Source: Patescibacteria group bacterium (GTDB lineage: Bacteria; Patescibacteriota; Microgenomatia; JAMCYU01). Taken from it: a DNA stretch of 64,000 bases. The position numbers and the translations under genes are program-made. The stretch spans positions 1,682-65,681 of the forward strand of contig JAMCYU010000004.1 in NCBI GenBank assembly GCA_023473585.1, written 5' to 3'. The notes below the pieces were generated by a model that saw nothing but the letters and a program-made list of their open reading frames with translations, did no database searches and was not told the DNA's origin. Below, one piece after another: positions 9,874 to 19,380 of this stretch. The number at the start of each line of letters is the position of its first letter. Positions within the stretch are counted from its first letter, which is position 1.

Positions 9874-10424
9874 TACTTAACGTTGGCCAAAATTCCTAAA
9901 TTCGGTGGAGGCCAATATTTGAGCCAGGCTTTGCCGATAATGTCTTCCCGAACCACGGTTCCCCAGTCCCGAGAGTCGGAACTGTAAGGGCGGTTATCGC
10001 CTAAGCAAAAATATTCGTTTTCGCCGACCGTATATTCTTTACCTTCCGGTAAAAAGGAGCCGGGAGAAGTGATCCTTCCTTGAAGATAATCTTCTTTAAG
10101 TTGTTGGCCGTTTATAAAAACTTTGCCGTTAGTAATTCTGATCTTATCTTTGGGTAAGCCGATAATTCTTTTAATGTAATCTAATTCACGATTTTTAGGC
10201 GCCCGAAAGATAACAATATCGCCCCGTTTTGGGGGACTGAAACGATAAGAGATTTTATCGGTTAAAATATATTCGGCGTCGTGAAAATTGGGTTCCATCG
10301 AGCTTCCCTTGACCTGGTGCGGTTGAAAAAAGAAAAGGTAGCCGACGACGAAAATCGCCATGGCGACGACGAAAATCTCGATTAAATCAAAAAAGAAGGT
10401 CGTGAATTTTTTTATAAGCTCCAT
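9870..10424 (-). CDS. lepB: signal peptidase I
   Basis: GSSMEPNF (Ser box), RGDIVIF, KRIIGLPKD and GDNRPYSSDSRDWG. Confidence 0.85.
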   Translation of the reverse strand: MELIKKFTTFFFDLIEIFVVAMAIFVVGYLFFFQPHQVKGSSMEPNFHDAEYILTDKISYRFSPPKRGDIVIFRAPKNRELDYIKRIIGLPKDKIRITNGKVFINGQQLKEDYLQGRITSPGSFLPEGKEYTVGENEYFCLGDNRPYSSDSRDWGTVVREDIIGKAWLKYWPPPNLGILANVKY

Positions 10425-10483
10425 AATTTATAGTATAATAAAGGATAAGTTATTCTGCAAGAGTTTATTGAGGAAGTTTTTCT

Positions 10484-10555
10484 GGGTGGTTAGCTCAGCG
10501 GTAGAGCGCTACGTTCACATCGTAGAAGTCAATGGTTCGAATCCATTACCACCCA
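10484..10555 (+). tRNA. tRNA-Val (anticodon CAC)
   Basis: Cloverleaf folded by hand: acceptor GGGTGGT/ACCACCC, D GCTC/GAGC, anticodon stem CTACG/CGTAG with loop TTCACAT, T-loop TTCGAAT. No encoded CCA. Confidence 0.8.
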
Positions 10556-10747
10556 CTAATTTATTTTCTTGTCTCCGGATGGATCTTACGGCCATTTTGC
10601 TTTTGAACAAAAACTGTTTCTTTTAAAGGCTTGCTGGGCGGCTTTACTCCCGGCCTTTTTTCATGATTAGACATTTTTTCCTTTCCGGACAGAATTAGAT
10701 GATTGTAGTCCATTATGATTAATAGTCAAGGGGAATTTTTTAATTTT

Positions 10748-10773
10748 GATACCATGATTTAAATCATAGTATC
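10748..10773. repeat. 26-bp palindrome copy 1 (gataccatgatttaaatcatagtatc)
   Basis: Near-perfect inverted repeat centred on TTTAAA, upstream of a candidate promoter and the ORF at 10866. Confidence 0.7.
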
Positions 10774-10789
10774 AGGAGAAGGAATATTT

Positions 10790-10817
10790 TTGACAAACAA
10801 TGATTTAGTGCTATAAT
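10790..10817 (+). promoter_or_regulatory. sigma70-like promoter TTGACA-N16-TATAAT
   Basis: Consensus hexamers at 10790-10795 and 10812-10817, upstream of the ORF at 10866. Confidence 0.45.
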
Positions 10818-10865
10818 ACAACCCAAACACAAGACTTTTTAATTAACCGATTTATAAAAACAATT

Positions 10866-11333
10866 ATGAACATAAGACACGAAACAGAAACTGGACAATC
10901 CGGACAAAGACGAAAACCTGTATTGCCAGGTTTTCCTCTATCTCCCAGAAAACCAGGAACTGGAGAAGCCCTTCCTAGTCGCCAAAGTCTTAGAGAAAAT
11001 AATGTTATTTTAAGAATATATATGCCGGCTTATGGGCAAATTGCCCAAAGGCTGACGGAAGAAGGGTTGGGAAAATACAGCGTAAGAGAAACAAGAGAAC
11101 AAATTACTCCTTATGGGCAACCTTTAACAAATCCTCTTTTGGTTGTGGTTCGCTTCCGAGGTCAGAAAGATTGGGGACCATTTTGGCAGGTAGCTTATCC
11201 GACAAAAAGAGCCATTGATGAAGCCTATAGGCAAGGCAAAGGACAATCAGAGATCAATAAAATAGTTGAGGAGAGGATACAAGTAGGAATCAAATCAGTA
11301 GCAACACTGCAACAAACGAGGAAATCAATATAG
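10866..11333 (+). CDS. hypothetical protein (orphan, 155 aa)
   Basis: ORF bracketed by palindrome copies. No recognisable domain and no SD; the start is uncertain. Confidence 0.35.
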   Translation: MNIRHETETGQSGQRRKPVLPGFPLSPRKPGTGEALPSRQSLRENNVILRIYMPAYGQIAQRLTEEGLGKYSVRETREQITPYGQPLTNPLLVVVRFRGQKDWGPFWQVAYPTKRAIDEAYRQGKGQSEINKIVEERIQVGIKSVATLQQTRKSI

Positions 11334-11422
11334 ATTCGGTTTATAAAAACCTTCCCAACTAAATTTTAAAGCCACTCTTCTTCGAAATTCTTATACTTAC
11401 AGAATGTTTTTCCTCCACCTTT

Positions 11423-11448
11423 GATATCATGATTTAAATCATAGTATC
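11423..11448. repeat. 26-bp palindrome copy 2 (gatatcatgatttaaatcatagtatc)
   Basis: 24/26 identical to copy 3. Lies immediately upstream (8 nt) of the ORF at 11456. Confidence 0.7.
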
Positions 11449-11455
11449 GGGAGAG

Positions 11456-11884
11456 TTGATGTCCTGCTGTTTTTATGGTATAAGATTTGGCGTGACTGAT
11501 CTTGAAAACGAAACTGCTCCTCGTCAGGTAAAATATGCTCTTTTTGCCCATGAAAGGGGAACCGATTACTATGTTTTAGTTACAGAGAATGGGAATTTGC
11601 TGGCGTGCGGCCAGGAATTGATAGAGAGGCTTAGATTTTCCGAGAGTTTAATTTCTTTTGATACAGTTGCTGAAAATATACTTAAACAACAAGAAGAAGC
11701 TGAAAGAATGAAGATAGTTCCACCGGGTACCGTACCAGATCACTTTGCAAGACAAATAAAGGGTCTTCTTGAAGATGCTCTTCGCCTTCTGGATTTGCCG
11801 CCCAAGGAAAATGTTGACTTTTTCAGTTTACCGCAAGATATTGTAGAAACCCTTCATTGGACCCCAAGACAAAAAACGAAATAA
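11456..11884 (+). CDS. hypothetical protein (orphan, 142 aa)
   Basis: ORF between palindrome copies 2 and 3, preceded by gggagag. No recognisable domain. Confidence 0.4.
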   Translation: MMSCCFYGIRFGVTDLENETAPRQVKYALFAHERGTDYYVLVTENGNLLACGQELIERLRFSESLISFDTVAENILKQQEEAERMKIVPPGTVPDHFARQIKGLLEDALRLLDLPPKENVDFFSLPQDIVETLHWTPRQKTK

Positions 11885-11910
11885 ATTATCTCATTAATTC
11901 ACCTTGTTTT

Positions 11911-11936
11911 GATACCATGATTTAAATCATGGTATC
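11911..11936. repeat. 26-bp perfect palindrome copy 3 (gataccatgatttaaatcatggtatc)
   Basis: Perfect dyad symmetry, 27 nt after the stop of the ORF at 11456..11884. Confidence 0.75.
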
Positions 11937-12108
11937 AGGAATCTTCCTTGGGATTCTCCGGATCAAAATCCACAAGGCCGAAGCCTGAGCCCTTTTTAGT
12001 TAGTTTATACTTTATGGTTCTTGACACCCTATAGAAAATTATGTTAATGTTGGTCTTGTGAAAAACTATTGGGAAAAAATTAGTATTTCACGAAAAAACA
12101 AATTAAAG

Positions 12109-12130
12109 ATCCGCCAGTGGGCGGATTTTT
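12109..12130 (+). terminator. rho-independent terminator
   Basis: atccgcc-agtg-ggcggat followed by ttttt. Confidence 0.5.
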
Positions 12131-12163
12131 AATGGAAATTTTTAAAAAGAGAGGGGGTGAAAA

Positions 12164-12754
12164 ATGAAAAAGATTCTAACAATTATAACTTCTTTTGTTC
12201 TCTTGACAGTGTTTGCTGCGGGATCAGTTTATGCCAAAGAAAGTTGCGCAACCATCAAAGACGGAACAATAACTGACAGTGCAGGCAATCCTGTTGTTTC
12301 TGGTTATGATAAATATGGCTATAACTATCAAGCACACATGTTTAATGGGACCTATGATAGTTCAGACAGGAAGATAGACGGAACTTACTGGGGAGACACT
12401 GGTGACTATGTAGACGACAAGTTAATGATGAAGTGGAGCGATGCTTGGCTAGCTAATGTCGATTGTGATGGAGACCATAAGCTAGATCGAGGATTAGTTG
12501 ATGGAGTAGTTAGGGGAATAAGCATGGGATGGTTGACAAACCATGTTGTAGGAGATTACACCGATGCAGAGGGAAACCCTCAAAACTATACAGACTTTGT
12601 AAAGATTGTATGGACAGGACCAGGAAGTCCGCTTTGGGGTCAATACACCATAATTCAAGAGGTATTGAATGATCCGTCGGCAGGTCATAACGGACTATTT
12701 AGTAAAATTGGGACACCAGGATTCGGTCTAAATGACCACTGGACTACTCTTTAG
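12164..12754 (+). CDS. secreted hypothetical protein (signal peptide)
   Basis: N-terminal MKKILTIITSFVLLTVFAAGSVYA with a strong SD gagggggtg. Confidence 0.5.
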   Translation: MKKILTIITSFVLLTVFAAGSVYAKESCATIKDGTITDSAGNPVVSGYDKYGYNYQAHMFNGTYDSSDRKIDGTYWGDTGDYVDDKLMMKWSDAWLANVDCDGDHKLDRGLVDGVVRGISMGWLTNHVVGDYTDAEGNPQNYTDFVKIVWTGPGSPLWGQYTIIQEVLNDPSAGHNGLFSKIGTPGFGLNDHWTTL

Positions 12755-12855
12755 TCTGATTATTCAAATAACCCATTGAAAGAAATTTCGGTAGGTTGTT
12801 TGTTTTATGCTTTCGCAAATTTTATAATTGATTGTGGCTTCTTTAAAAAAAATTC

Positions 12856-13884
12856 ATGAAAAAGATTTTGTTTTTAACGAGACTTTTTTATCCGCATATC
12901 GGTGGGGTAGAGAAACATGTGCGCGAAGTAGGCAAGCGATTAGAAGAAAAAGGATATAGCGTCAGTATTATTGCAGAAGGAAGAGATGAAAAAATTGCTA
13001 GTAAAGATGGATTAAAAATCTACCATATCCCGATTTCTAGAAATGAAAAACTTAAGAAATTTCAGATTTGGGTTTGGCTTTTTAAAAACAGAAGACTAAT
13101 CGAAGAAGCCGATATCGTTCACGCTCATGACGTTGCCTTTTGGTATTTCCTTTGCCGTTTTTTATATCCCAGAAAACGATTTTTCGTTACCTTTCATGGA
13201 TATGAACAGTATCCAATCTCAAAGAAGGCAATTTTCATAAGAAAAATCTCCGAAAAAATAGCCAAGGGAAATATCTGCATTGGTAATTATATTCCCAAAT
13301 GGTATGGAACAAAACCCAGTTATTTGATTTGCGGAGCAACAGACATTTCTTCTGATTTGGCGTTACCTAATAATAATCAGGCTGTTTTTATAGGCAGACT
13401 TGATAAAGGGACAACGATCATGGCCTATCTTGAAGCTTTAAAATACCTTAAACAAAAGGGGGTGGCCATCAATTTAACTATTTGTGCTGATGGTCCATTC
13501 AGAAAAAAAGCAGAGGATTATATTAAAAAACACGGACTTGAAGTTAAAATTTTAGGCTTTGTCTCTAACCCGGAAAAATATTTAGCCAAAGCTCATTTTG
13601 CCTTTGTTTCCAGTTATTTAGCTATCTTAGAGGCGATGGCAGCTAAAAAACCCGTTTTTGCTGTTTATAATAATCCTTTAGAAAAAGATTATTTAGGATT
13701 AACTCCTTTTAGTCGGTGGATTATAAGTGAAGAAGATTCTGAAAAACTTGCCGACAAAATAAAACAATCTTTGTCTAATCCCATGATAGACAAGAAAAAT
13801 ATTGAAGGTGGTTTTAATTGGGCTAAAGATCAAACTTGGGAAAAAATGACTAATCTTTATCTTAAACTTTGGGGTTTACCATGA
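12856..13884 (+). CDS. glycosyltransferase, GT4-like (group 1)
   Basis: N-terminal LFLTRLFYPHIGGVEKHV is Glyco_trans_4-like; 342 aa. Confidence 0.65.
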   Translation: MKKILFLTRLFYPHIGGVEKHVREVGKRLEEKGYSVSIIAEGRDEKIASKDGLKIYHIPISRNEKLKKFQIWVWLFKNRRLIEEADIVHAHDVAFWYFLCRFLYPRKRFFVTFHGYEQYPISKKAIFIRKISEKIAKGNICIGNYIPKWYGTKPSYLICGATDISSDLALPNNNQAVFIGRLDKGTTIMAYLEALKYLKQKGVAINLTICADGPFRKKAEDYIKKHGLEVKILGFVSNPEKYLAKAHFAFVSSYLAILEAMAAKKPVFAVYNNPLEKDYLGLTPFSRWIISEEDSEKLADKIKQSLSNPMIDKKNIEGGFNWAKDQTWEKMTNLYLKLWGLP

Positions 13885-14834
13885 AAATTTCGTTTATTAC
13901 GACCGTTTTGAATGAGGAGAAGACGATTGATCTTCTTTTTAATTCTTTGCTTTTACAAACCGAAAAGCCGGAAGAGGTCGTGATTGTTGACGGCGGATCA
14001 AAAGACAGAACGTTACAGATATTGGAAAAGAGGAATTGGAAATTAGCTAAACAGGGGATTAAGGTTTTAATTATCGTTAAAAAAGGGAATCGGGCGGTCG
14101 GCCGCAATGAGGCCGTAAGACAGGCAACAGGCGAAGTTATCGCCCTAACTGACGCCGGTTGTGAGCTTGACCGTAATTTTTTAAAGCAGATCACCGGTCC
14201 TTTCGGCAATCCGAAAGTCGAAGTTGTCGCCGGTTATTACAAGGCCAAGACAAAAACGATTTTTGAAAAATGCGTTGTTCCTTTTGTTTTGGTCATGCCC
14301 GACAAACTTAAACCGGAAAGTTTTTTACCTTCTTCAAGGTCCATGGCCATTAAAAGAAATCTTTTTCTTAAACTGGGTGGTTTCCCCGAAGAATGTTCCG
14401 ATAACGAAGATTATGTTTTTGCCCAAAGATTAGTCAAAAAAGGGATAAAAATTCATTTTGCCAAAAACGCCTTGGTTTATTGGCTGCCCAGAACCAATTT
14501 ATTTTCCTTTTTCCTCATGATTTATCGTTTTGCCAGAGGCGATGCACAAGCCCGTTTAAGGCGTAAAAAGGTCTTGACCGTTTACTTGCGTTATCTCCTC
14601 GGGCTTATTTTTCTGGTTTTATATTTTCTTCCTTTCAAAAAACCAATCCGTCTCGATTTAATTTTTCTTTTCTTAATTTTTGCTTATTTTCTCTGGTCGA
14701 TTAAGAAAAATTACCGTTACGTTAAGCATTGGCTGGCTTTTCTTTATTTACCCCTTTTGCAAATAACGGCTGACTTAGGAGTTATGACTGGGTCGTTGAG
14801 AGGATTTTTTAAAAAAAGAGTAAAATTAAGTTAA
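13869..14834 (+). CDS. glycosyltransferase family 2 with C-terminal TM region
   Basis: ISFITTVLNEEKTI...VVIVDGGSKDRT (GT2 DXD context) and C-terminal hydrophobic helices. Confidence 0.7.
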   Translation: MGFTMKISFITTVLNEEKTIDLLFNSLLLQTEKPEEVVIVDGGSKDRTLQILEKRNWKLAKQGIKVLIIVKKGNRAVGRNEAVRQATGEVIALTDAGCELDRNFLKQITGPFGNPKVEVVAGYYKAKTKTIFEKCVVPFVLVMPDKLKPESFLPSSRSMAIKRNLFLKLGGFPEECSDNEDYVFAQRLVKKGIKIHFAKNALVYWLPRTNLFSFFLMIYRFARGDAQARLRRKKVLTVYLRYLLGLIFLVLYFLPFKKPIRLDLIFLFLIFAYFLWSIKKNYRYVKHWLAFLYLPLLQITADLGVMTGSLRGFFKKRVKLS

Positions 14835-14839
14835 AGTTA

Positions 14840-15601
14840 ATGATATCAGCCATTATCCTAACGAAAAACGAAGAAAAAAATCTTGAAGACTGTTTAAAAA
14901 GTCTTGCCTGGTGTGACGAAATTATAGTGGTGGATGACTACTCACAAGATGAGACGGAAAAGATTTTGAAAAAGTTTCAGGTAGCAAGTATCAAGTATCA
15001 AGTACACCAAAGGCATCTTGATGGGGATTTTGCGAGGCAGAGAAATTTCGGGTTAGAGAAGGCGACAGGGGAATGGGTTTTATTTGTTGACGCCGATGAA
15101 AGAGTTTCTCCAACGCTTCGTGAAGAAATAATTAAAGAAATTAATGATCCTCAAAATAAATTTAACGGTTTTTTCCTAAAACGACGCGATTTTCTTTTCG
15201 GCAAGTGGCTGGAGTATGGAGAGACAAGCAAGGTTAAACTTTTAAGATTGGCCAAAAGGGGGACGGGGAATTGGCAAAGACCCGTACACGAAATTTGGCA
15301 AGTTAATGGCCCGGTCTCTACCCTCGCCTCTCCCCTTTTGCATTTTCCGCATCCCACCGTCACGGAATTTTTAAAAGACCTCAATTTCTATACCGATTTA
15401 AACGCGCAAGCTTTTTACAAAGAAGGAGTCAAAGTTGACTTTTGGCAGATTATTATTTATCCGTTGATTAAATTTATGAAGAACTATTTTTTTCTTTTGG
15501 GTTTTTTAGACGGAACAGCGGGTTTGTTGCAGGCGATGTTTATGAGTTTTCATTCGTTTATGACGCGAGGTAAATTGTGGCAGTTATGGCAAAAGCGTTA
15601 A
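14840..15601 (+). CDS. glycosyltransferase family 2
   Basis: ISAIILTKNEEKNLEDCLKSL...IIVVDDYSQDET. Confidence 0.7.
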   Translation: MISAIILTKNEEKNLEDCLKSLAWCDEIIVVDDYSQDETEKILKKFQVASIKYQVHQRHLDGDFARQRNFGLEKATGEWVLFVDADERVSPTLREEIIKEINDPQNKFNGFFLKRRDFLFGKWLEYGETSKVKLLRLAKRGTGNWQRPVHEIWQVNGPVSTLASPLLHFPHPTVTEFLKDLNFYTDLNAQAFYKEGVKVDFWQIIIYPLIKFMKNYFFLLGFLDGTAGLLQAMFMSFHSFMTRGKLWQLWQKR

Positions 15602-16785
15602 AAATCCTTATTTTTTGTCTTTTTTTCTTTCTGCCGTTTGGTCAATTGACCAAAGTGCCCCTGGGAGTAACGGAAGTTTCTCTTTATTTTCAGGATATTA
15701 TTATTGTTTTTCTTGTTTTGTTTTATTTAACAGGGTTAATTTTTAAAAAAATTCCCCGGCCAAAAGCTCTGCTTACCAAACCGCTTTTAATTTTTGGCAG
15801 CATCGGGCTGATCTCGCTTTTTTTCAATCTCGGCAATTATTCCGTAAGAGAAATCGGTATTGCTTCTCTTTATCTTTGGCGCTGGCTTTTCTATTTTGGT
15901 CTTTACTTTGTGATTGGGGAATTGGCAGGCAAAAATAAAAACGAAGCGGAGCAGTTTAAATCGGGCTTAATCCTGGCAGGGACGGCGACGGCTTTTTTGG
16001 GTCTTGCTCAGTATTTCTTATATCCTAATTTGCGCAATTTAGCGTATTTAGGCTGGGACCCGCACTTTTATCGGAGCTTCGGGACTTTTCTGGATCCTAA
16101 TTTCTTGGGTCTTTTTTTGGTTTTAACTTTAATTATGGTTTTCTTTCGGCTCGAGGATGAATCTAAACGTGGTAACATGTTAACACGATACGCGATGATT
16201 TTGGGGCTTATTCTCTGTTATTTGGTTTTGGCTTTAACTTACTCCCGCAGCAGTTATTTGGCTTTTTTGGCGGCCGGAGTCGTGATTGCCCGGTTTAAGA
16301 AGTCTTTAAAATTTTTACTCGGACTCGTTTTAATCGGCCTTTTAACGGTTCTTTTTCTGCCCCGACCGGAAGGCAGTCTCGGGGTTAAACTGGAAAGGGA
16401 AGACACCATTCGCGCCAGAATCATCAATTGGCAGCAATCTTTAACGATTTTTAAAGGTAGTCCTCTTTTGGGAGTCGGTTTTAACACTTATCGTTACGCG
16501 CAAAGGAATTACGGATATCTACAGGAAAACTGGCAGGAAAGTCATGCCGGGGGAGGAGCTGACGCGAGTCTTCTTTTGGTTTTGGCGACAACGGGAACGA
16601 TCGGTTTTTTAAATTTCGGTTATCTTATCTTACAAATCCTTAAATATCACCTTAAAAAAAAGAACGTGGTTCTCCTTGCCAGTTTAGCCGCGGTTTTTAT
16701 TCATTCTTTCTTTGCCAATAGTCTCTTTTATCCCGAAATTACGATTTGGCTCATGTTTCTTTTAGGTCTTACGGAGAATAATTAA
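15577..16785 (+). CDS. O-antigen ligase/polymerase-like polytopic membrane protein (Wzy_C-like)
   Basis: 402 aa with more than 10 TM helices and a periplasmic loop containing YSRSSYLA, typical of O-antigen ligase-like proteins. Confidence 0.5.
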   Translation: MAVMAKALKILIFCLFFFLPFGQLTKVPLGVTEVSLYFQDIIIVFLVLFYLTGLIFKKIPRPKALLTKPLLIFGSIGLISLFFNLGNYSVREIGIASLYLWRWLFYFGLYFVIGELAGKNKNEAEQFKSGLILAGTATAFLGLAQYFLYPNLRNLAYLGWDPHFYRSFGTFLDPNFLGLFLVLTLIMVFFRLEDESKRGNMLTRYAMILGLILCYLVLALTYSRSSYLAFLAAGVVIARFKKSLKFLLGLVLIGLLTVLFLPRPEGSLGVKLEREDTIRARIINWQQSLTIFKGSPLLGVGFNTYRYAQRNYGYLQENWQESHAGGGADASLLLVLATTGTIGFLNFGYLILQILKYHLKKKNVVLLASLAAVFIHSFFANSLFYPEITIWLMFLLGLTENN

Positions 16786-17509
16786 CTTTTTTTTCAACCG
16801 TGGTTTGATTGCCGGCTTTATCGGTGGCGATAATCTTTAAAAGATTTTCCCCGGAATTTAAAGGGTAGGAATAAGAAAAACTGCCGTCATTTTTAACCAT
16901 GACAAAGCGGTTATTAACGGTCACGACGGTTTCCGTATCGGTTAAACCGACAATCGATGCGTTTTTCTTCTCGCCGCTAAAATTTTCTCCATCATTGGGC
17001 TGGGTAATTTCCAATTTAGGCGGCGTTTTTTTATAGATAATAATTAAAGGATCGGCCGGTTGGCTTTGATTATTAGCCGCATCTTTAGCCTGAGCGGTGA
17101 TTTTATTTTCTCCCTCCGAAAGGTTTATGTTTGGGAGAATGAAGTTGCCGTCATTGCCGATCAGAATTTTTTTGAAAGTTAGGCCGTTAAGAAAAATTTC
17201 CACCGAAGTATTGGGTTCAGCGTAGCCGCTGATGGTGATCGTAGCGCTGTTTGTCGCCGTATAAGGGGCCTCAAGACGCGGGGTATAAGGCGGAGTCGTG
17301 TCTTGTGTCAGGTCGCTGCCCCCTCGTAAATTAGCCATAAAAAGGCTGAATTCTCTTAAAGCCGGAATCCCTAAAAAAAGGAAAGAAACGAGGATGATAA
17401 TGGTGCCCAGGACACTAAAAATAATCCGGCGATAGGCTCTCCGTTCTTCAAAACGCGCCAATCTTGAGATGGGTTTTCTCATAGTAAAAAGCGTTGCCCC
17501 GCCTGCCAA
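16769..17509 (-). CDS. membrane-anchored surface protein with Ig-like/beta-sandwich repeats
   Basis: N-terminal TM anchor followed by T/N/S-rich beta-strand repeats. The start is uncertain because the annotated ATG lies 6 nt from tRNA-Thr. Confidence 0.4.
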   Translation of the reverse strand: MAGGATLFTMRKPISRLARFEERRAYRRIIFSVLGTIIILVSFLFLGIPALREFSLFMANLRGGSDLTQDTTPPYTPRLEAPYTATNSATITISGYAEPNTSVEIFLNGLTFKKILIGNDGNFILPNINLSEGENKITAQAKDAANNQSQPADPLIIIYKKTPPKLEITQPNDGENFSGEKKNASIVGLTDTETVVTVNNRFVMVKNDGSFSYSYPLNSGENLLKIIATDKAGNQTTVEKKVNYSP

Positions 17510-17515
17510 AGCTTG

Positions 17516-17588
17516 AGCCGCCTCTGGGAGTCGAACCCAGGACCTCTACTTTACGAAAGTATTGCTCTACCAACTGAGCTAAGGCGGC
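17516..17588 (-). tRNA. tRNA-Thr (anticodon CGT)
   Basis: Reverse complement folds as acceptor GCCGCCT/AGGCGGC, D GCTC/GAGC, anticodon loop TTCGTAA, T-loop TTCGACT. The anticodon stem has one mismatch. Confidence 0.7.
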
Positions 17589-17703
17589 AACTTGATATTA
17601 TTTTACTCTAAAAGGAAACATAAATTCAAATAAAAGTGCCGAAAGTATTTATCAACCGACAGCAGAAGATTTAAAAGGCAAGTAAATCTTATCCTTCACG
17701 ATA

Positions 17704-18048
17704 TTATCTTTTCTCGCTTTTTAAAGAATTTAAAAACCAAGAAACAAGACTAAGAACCAAACTGAAGATGATGGCGGTGCCGATATTGCTGACGAAAAAT
17801 CCCGGGACGATGGCGCTTGCCAAAATAACCATAAGTCCGTTTAAAATTAAAATAAACAAGCCCAGGGTCATAATGGTAATGGGCAAAGTTAACAAAACCA
17901 GAATAGGTTTAATAATGGTGTTGGCAATACCCAAAACAACGCTGACCATAATGGCTGAGAAAAAATCTCTAATAACAACCCCTGGAAGAATTTGGGAAGT
18001 AATAAAAACCGCTAAACCATTAACTAATAAATTTAAGAACAGTCTCAT
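17704..18048 (-). CDS. DUF360/YvlD-like small membrane protein (phage-holin-4 superfamily)
   Basis: 114 aa with 4 TM helices and a PGV...LLTLPIT...LNG pattern. Confidence 0.45.
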   Translation of the reverse strand: MRLFLNLLVNGLAVFITSQILPGVVIRDFFSAIMVSVVLGIANTIIKPILVLLTLPITIMTLGLFILILNGLMVILASAIVPGFFVSNIGTAIIFSLVLSLVSWFLNSLKSEKR

Positions 18049-18079
18049 GAAATTAAAATAGCAGATTAGTTAACTAACG

Positions 18080-18868
18080 TCAATTGCTTTTTGATTCCTG
18101 ATAACCCGCGACTCTTTCGTAAAGTGGCCTTCCCGGACAAGGAGTAAACAAGACCGTATCTACTTGAAGACCGAAATCTCGAGAAATTAAAGAACTAATT
18201 TCTCCCGCGAGTTCTCGGTTTTTAATTCTTAAAATTCCCCCGCGGTGGCAAAAACCCGTGCAGCCGTTTTCGGCATAAATACCCAAAACAACCGGTTTTC
18301 TTTCTTTGCTTTTTAGACCTGTACGAGGCGCCACAAACAACGGCAAGGTTTCAATAAATCCGTTAACCCTTAAGGGATAATAAACAACTAAATCCTGTGT
18401 TTCTGTTTTGTATCCTTGTATAAATTCTTCAGCGGAAACTCTTTGATAAGGGAAATCAGGCCGACAAGTTTTTCTCTGATCGACAAATCCCGGTTTAGCC
18501 TCTAATTCTTCCCAAACTTCCAGATATGATTTTTGGCTTGAAAAAGTATGAATGTAAATATCGAGATATGAAACACCCTTCTTTTTTAGAGCTAATTCCA
18601 GTTTCTTTTCGTAAGCAAGCCACCAGTTATAGGAAAGCTTGTACCAAAAATAATGGTTACCTCTTTGCGACGAAAGTAATCCCCGGATATGAGGGAAAAA
18701 ATGATCGAGTAAGTCAATTTTTCCTCCTTGAGCGATAAAGGATTGAAGTTTGGGAATTGATGGTAAAGCATCAATCTGCCCAATATACGTATGTCTTGAA
18801 AAGGTTTCTTTAGGACTATAAGGTCTTGCGGTGACCATAAACTGCAGAGGAGAACCGTCAATTTCCAA
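18080..18868 (-). CDS. hypothetical protein (262 aa), possibly continuous with the upstream ORF fragment at 18880..19161
   Basis: No confident domain call. The preceding minus-strand ORF ends 11 nt upstream. Confidence 0.35.
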   Translation of the reverse strand: MEIDGSPLQFMVTARPYSPKETFSRHTYIGQIDALPSIPKLQSFIAQGGKIDLLDHFFPHIRGLLSSQRGNHYFWYKLSYNWWLAYEKKLELALKKKGVSYLDIYIHTFSSQKSYLEVWEELEAKPGFVDQRKTCRPDFPYQRVSAEEFIQGYKTETQDLVVYYPLRVNGFIETLPLFVAPRTGLKSKERKPVVLGIYAENGCTGFCHRGGILRIKNRELAGEISSLISRDFGLQVDTVLFTPCPGRPLYERVAGYQESKSN

Positions 18869-19190
18869 ATCAAGAACGGTTATCGGGGAACATGGGCGCC
18901 ACGGTATACATAAGCCTCACGATCGTCAGGCAGTTCCCTCATTCCTGCGGAAATCGCAAAGCGCCATGCTTTACGGGTCGGTATTTCCCCAAGGTAAACG
19001 AGACGTTTTTGGAATTGTTCAAAAGGTAAATATTCTCTTGGATCAGGTGCGTAATCCGTACTCCACCAATGAGGAGATGTCTGCTCAATAAGTCCTTTTG
19101 CTTTATACCCCTTAAGGATAGTTAAATAATCTACGCCGTTTGATTCAAATTCTGCGCTCATAAAATTGACTACATTTCGACAAGCAAAAT

Positions 19191-19380
19191 GCCCAATTGG
19201 AGCTCCTTTTATCAAAAAGCTCGAACTTATTTTACCAAAAATCTGTAACAAATCATAGCGCGTCGGCGGCTGCGGCGAGGAAAAGGGATTTAAGGGGAAA
19301 GGGAATCGCCGCAGCCGCCTCCGCTTTTCGCTCAGCCGCCATTCGGCGGGGCTCTCTTCCCGCAAAATTTTTCGCACCAT
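19191..19380. repeat. GC-rich structured repeat R1 (about 190 bp, + orientation)
   Basis: Contains a 13-bp-stem hairpin GGCGGCTGCGGCG...CGCCGCAGCCGCC and the hairpin gccgcc-attc-ggcggg. The reverse complement recurs at 24485..24670 and a partial copy at 21249..21343. Confidence 0.8.

Noticed and set aside
10360-10626. 88-aa ORF spanning tRNA-Val
   Set aside because: It overlaps a well-formed tRNA gene on the same strand and the end of lepB, with no RBS. It is a spurious frame.
10748-11936. Possibility that the three palindromes form a CRISPR array
   Set aside because: There are only three copies with unequal spacing (about 650 and 460 bp), the intervening sequence is protein-coding, and the repeats are perfect palindromes bracketing ORFs. 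No cas genes were seen.
18880-19380. 166-aa minus-strand ORF reading from unique sequence into repeat R1
   Set aside because: Its N-terminal 60 aa are a translation of the repeat. Only the C-terminal, unique part (about 18880..19161) may be real, possibly as the N-terminal fragment of the 18080..18868 gene. It is not reported as an independent CDS.
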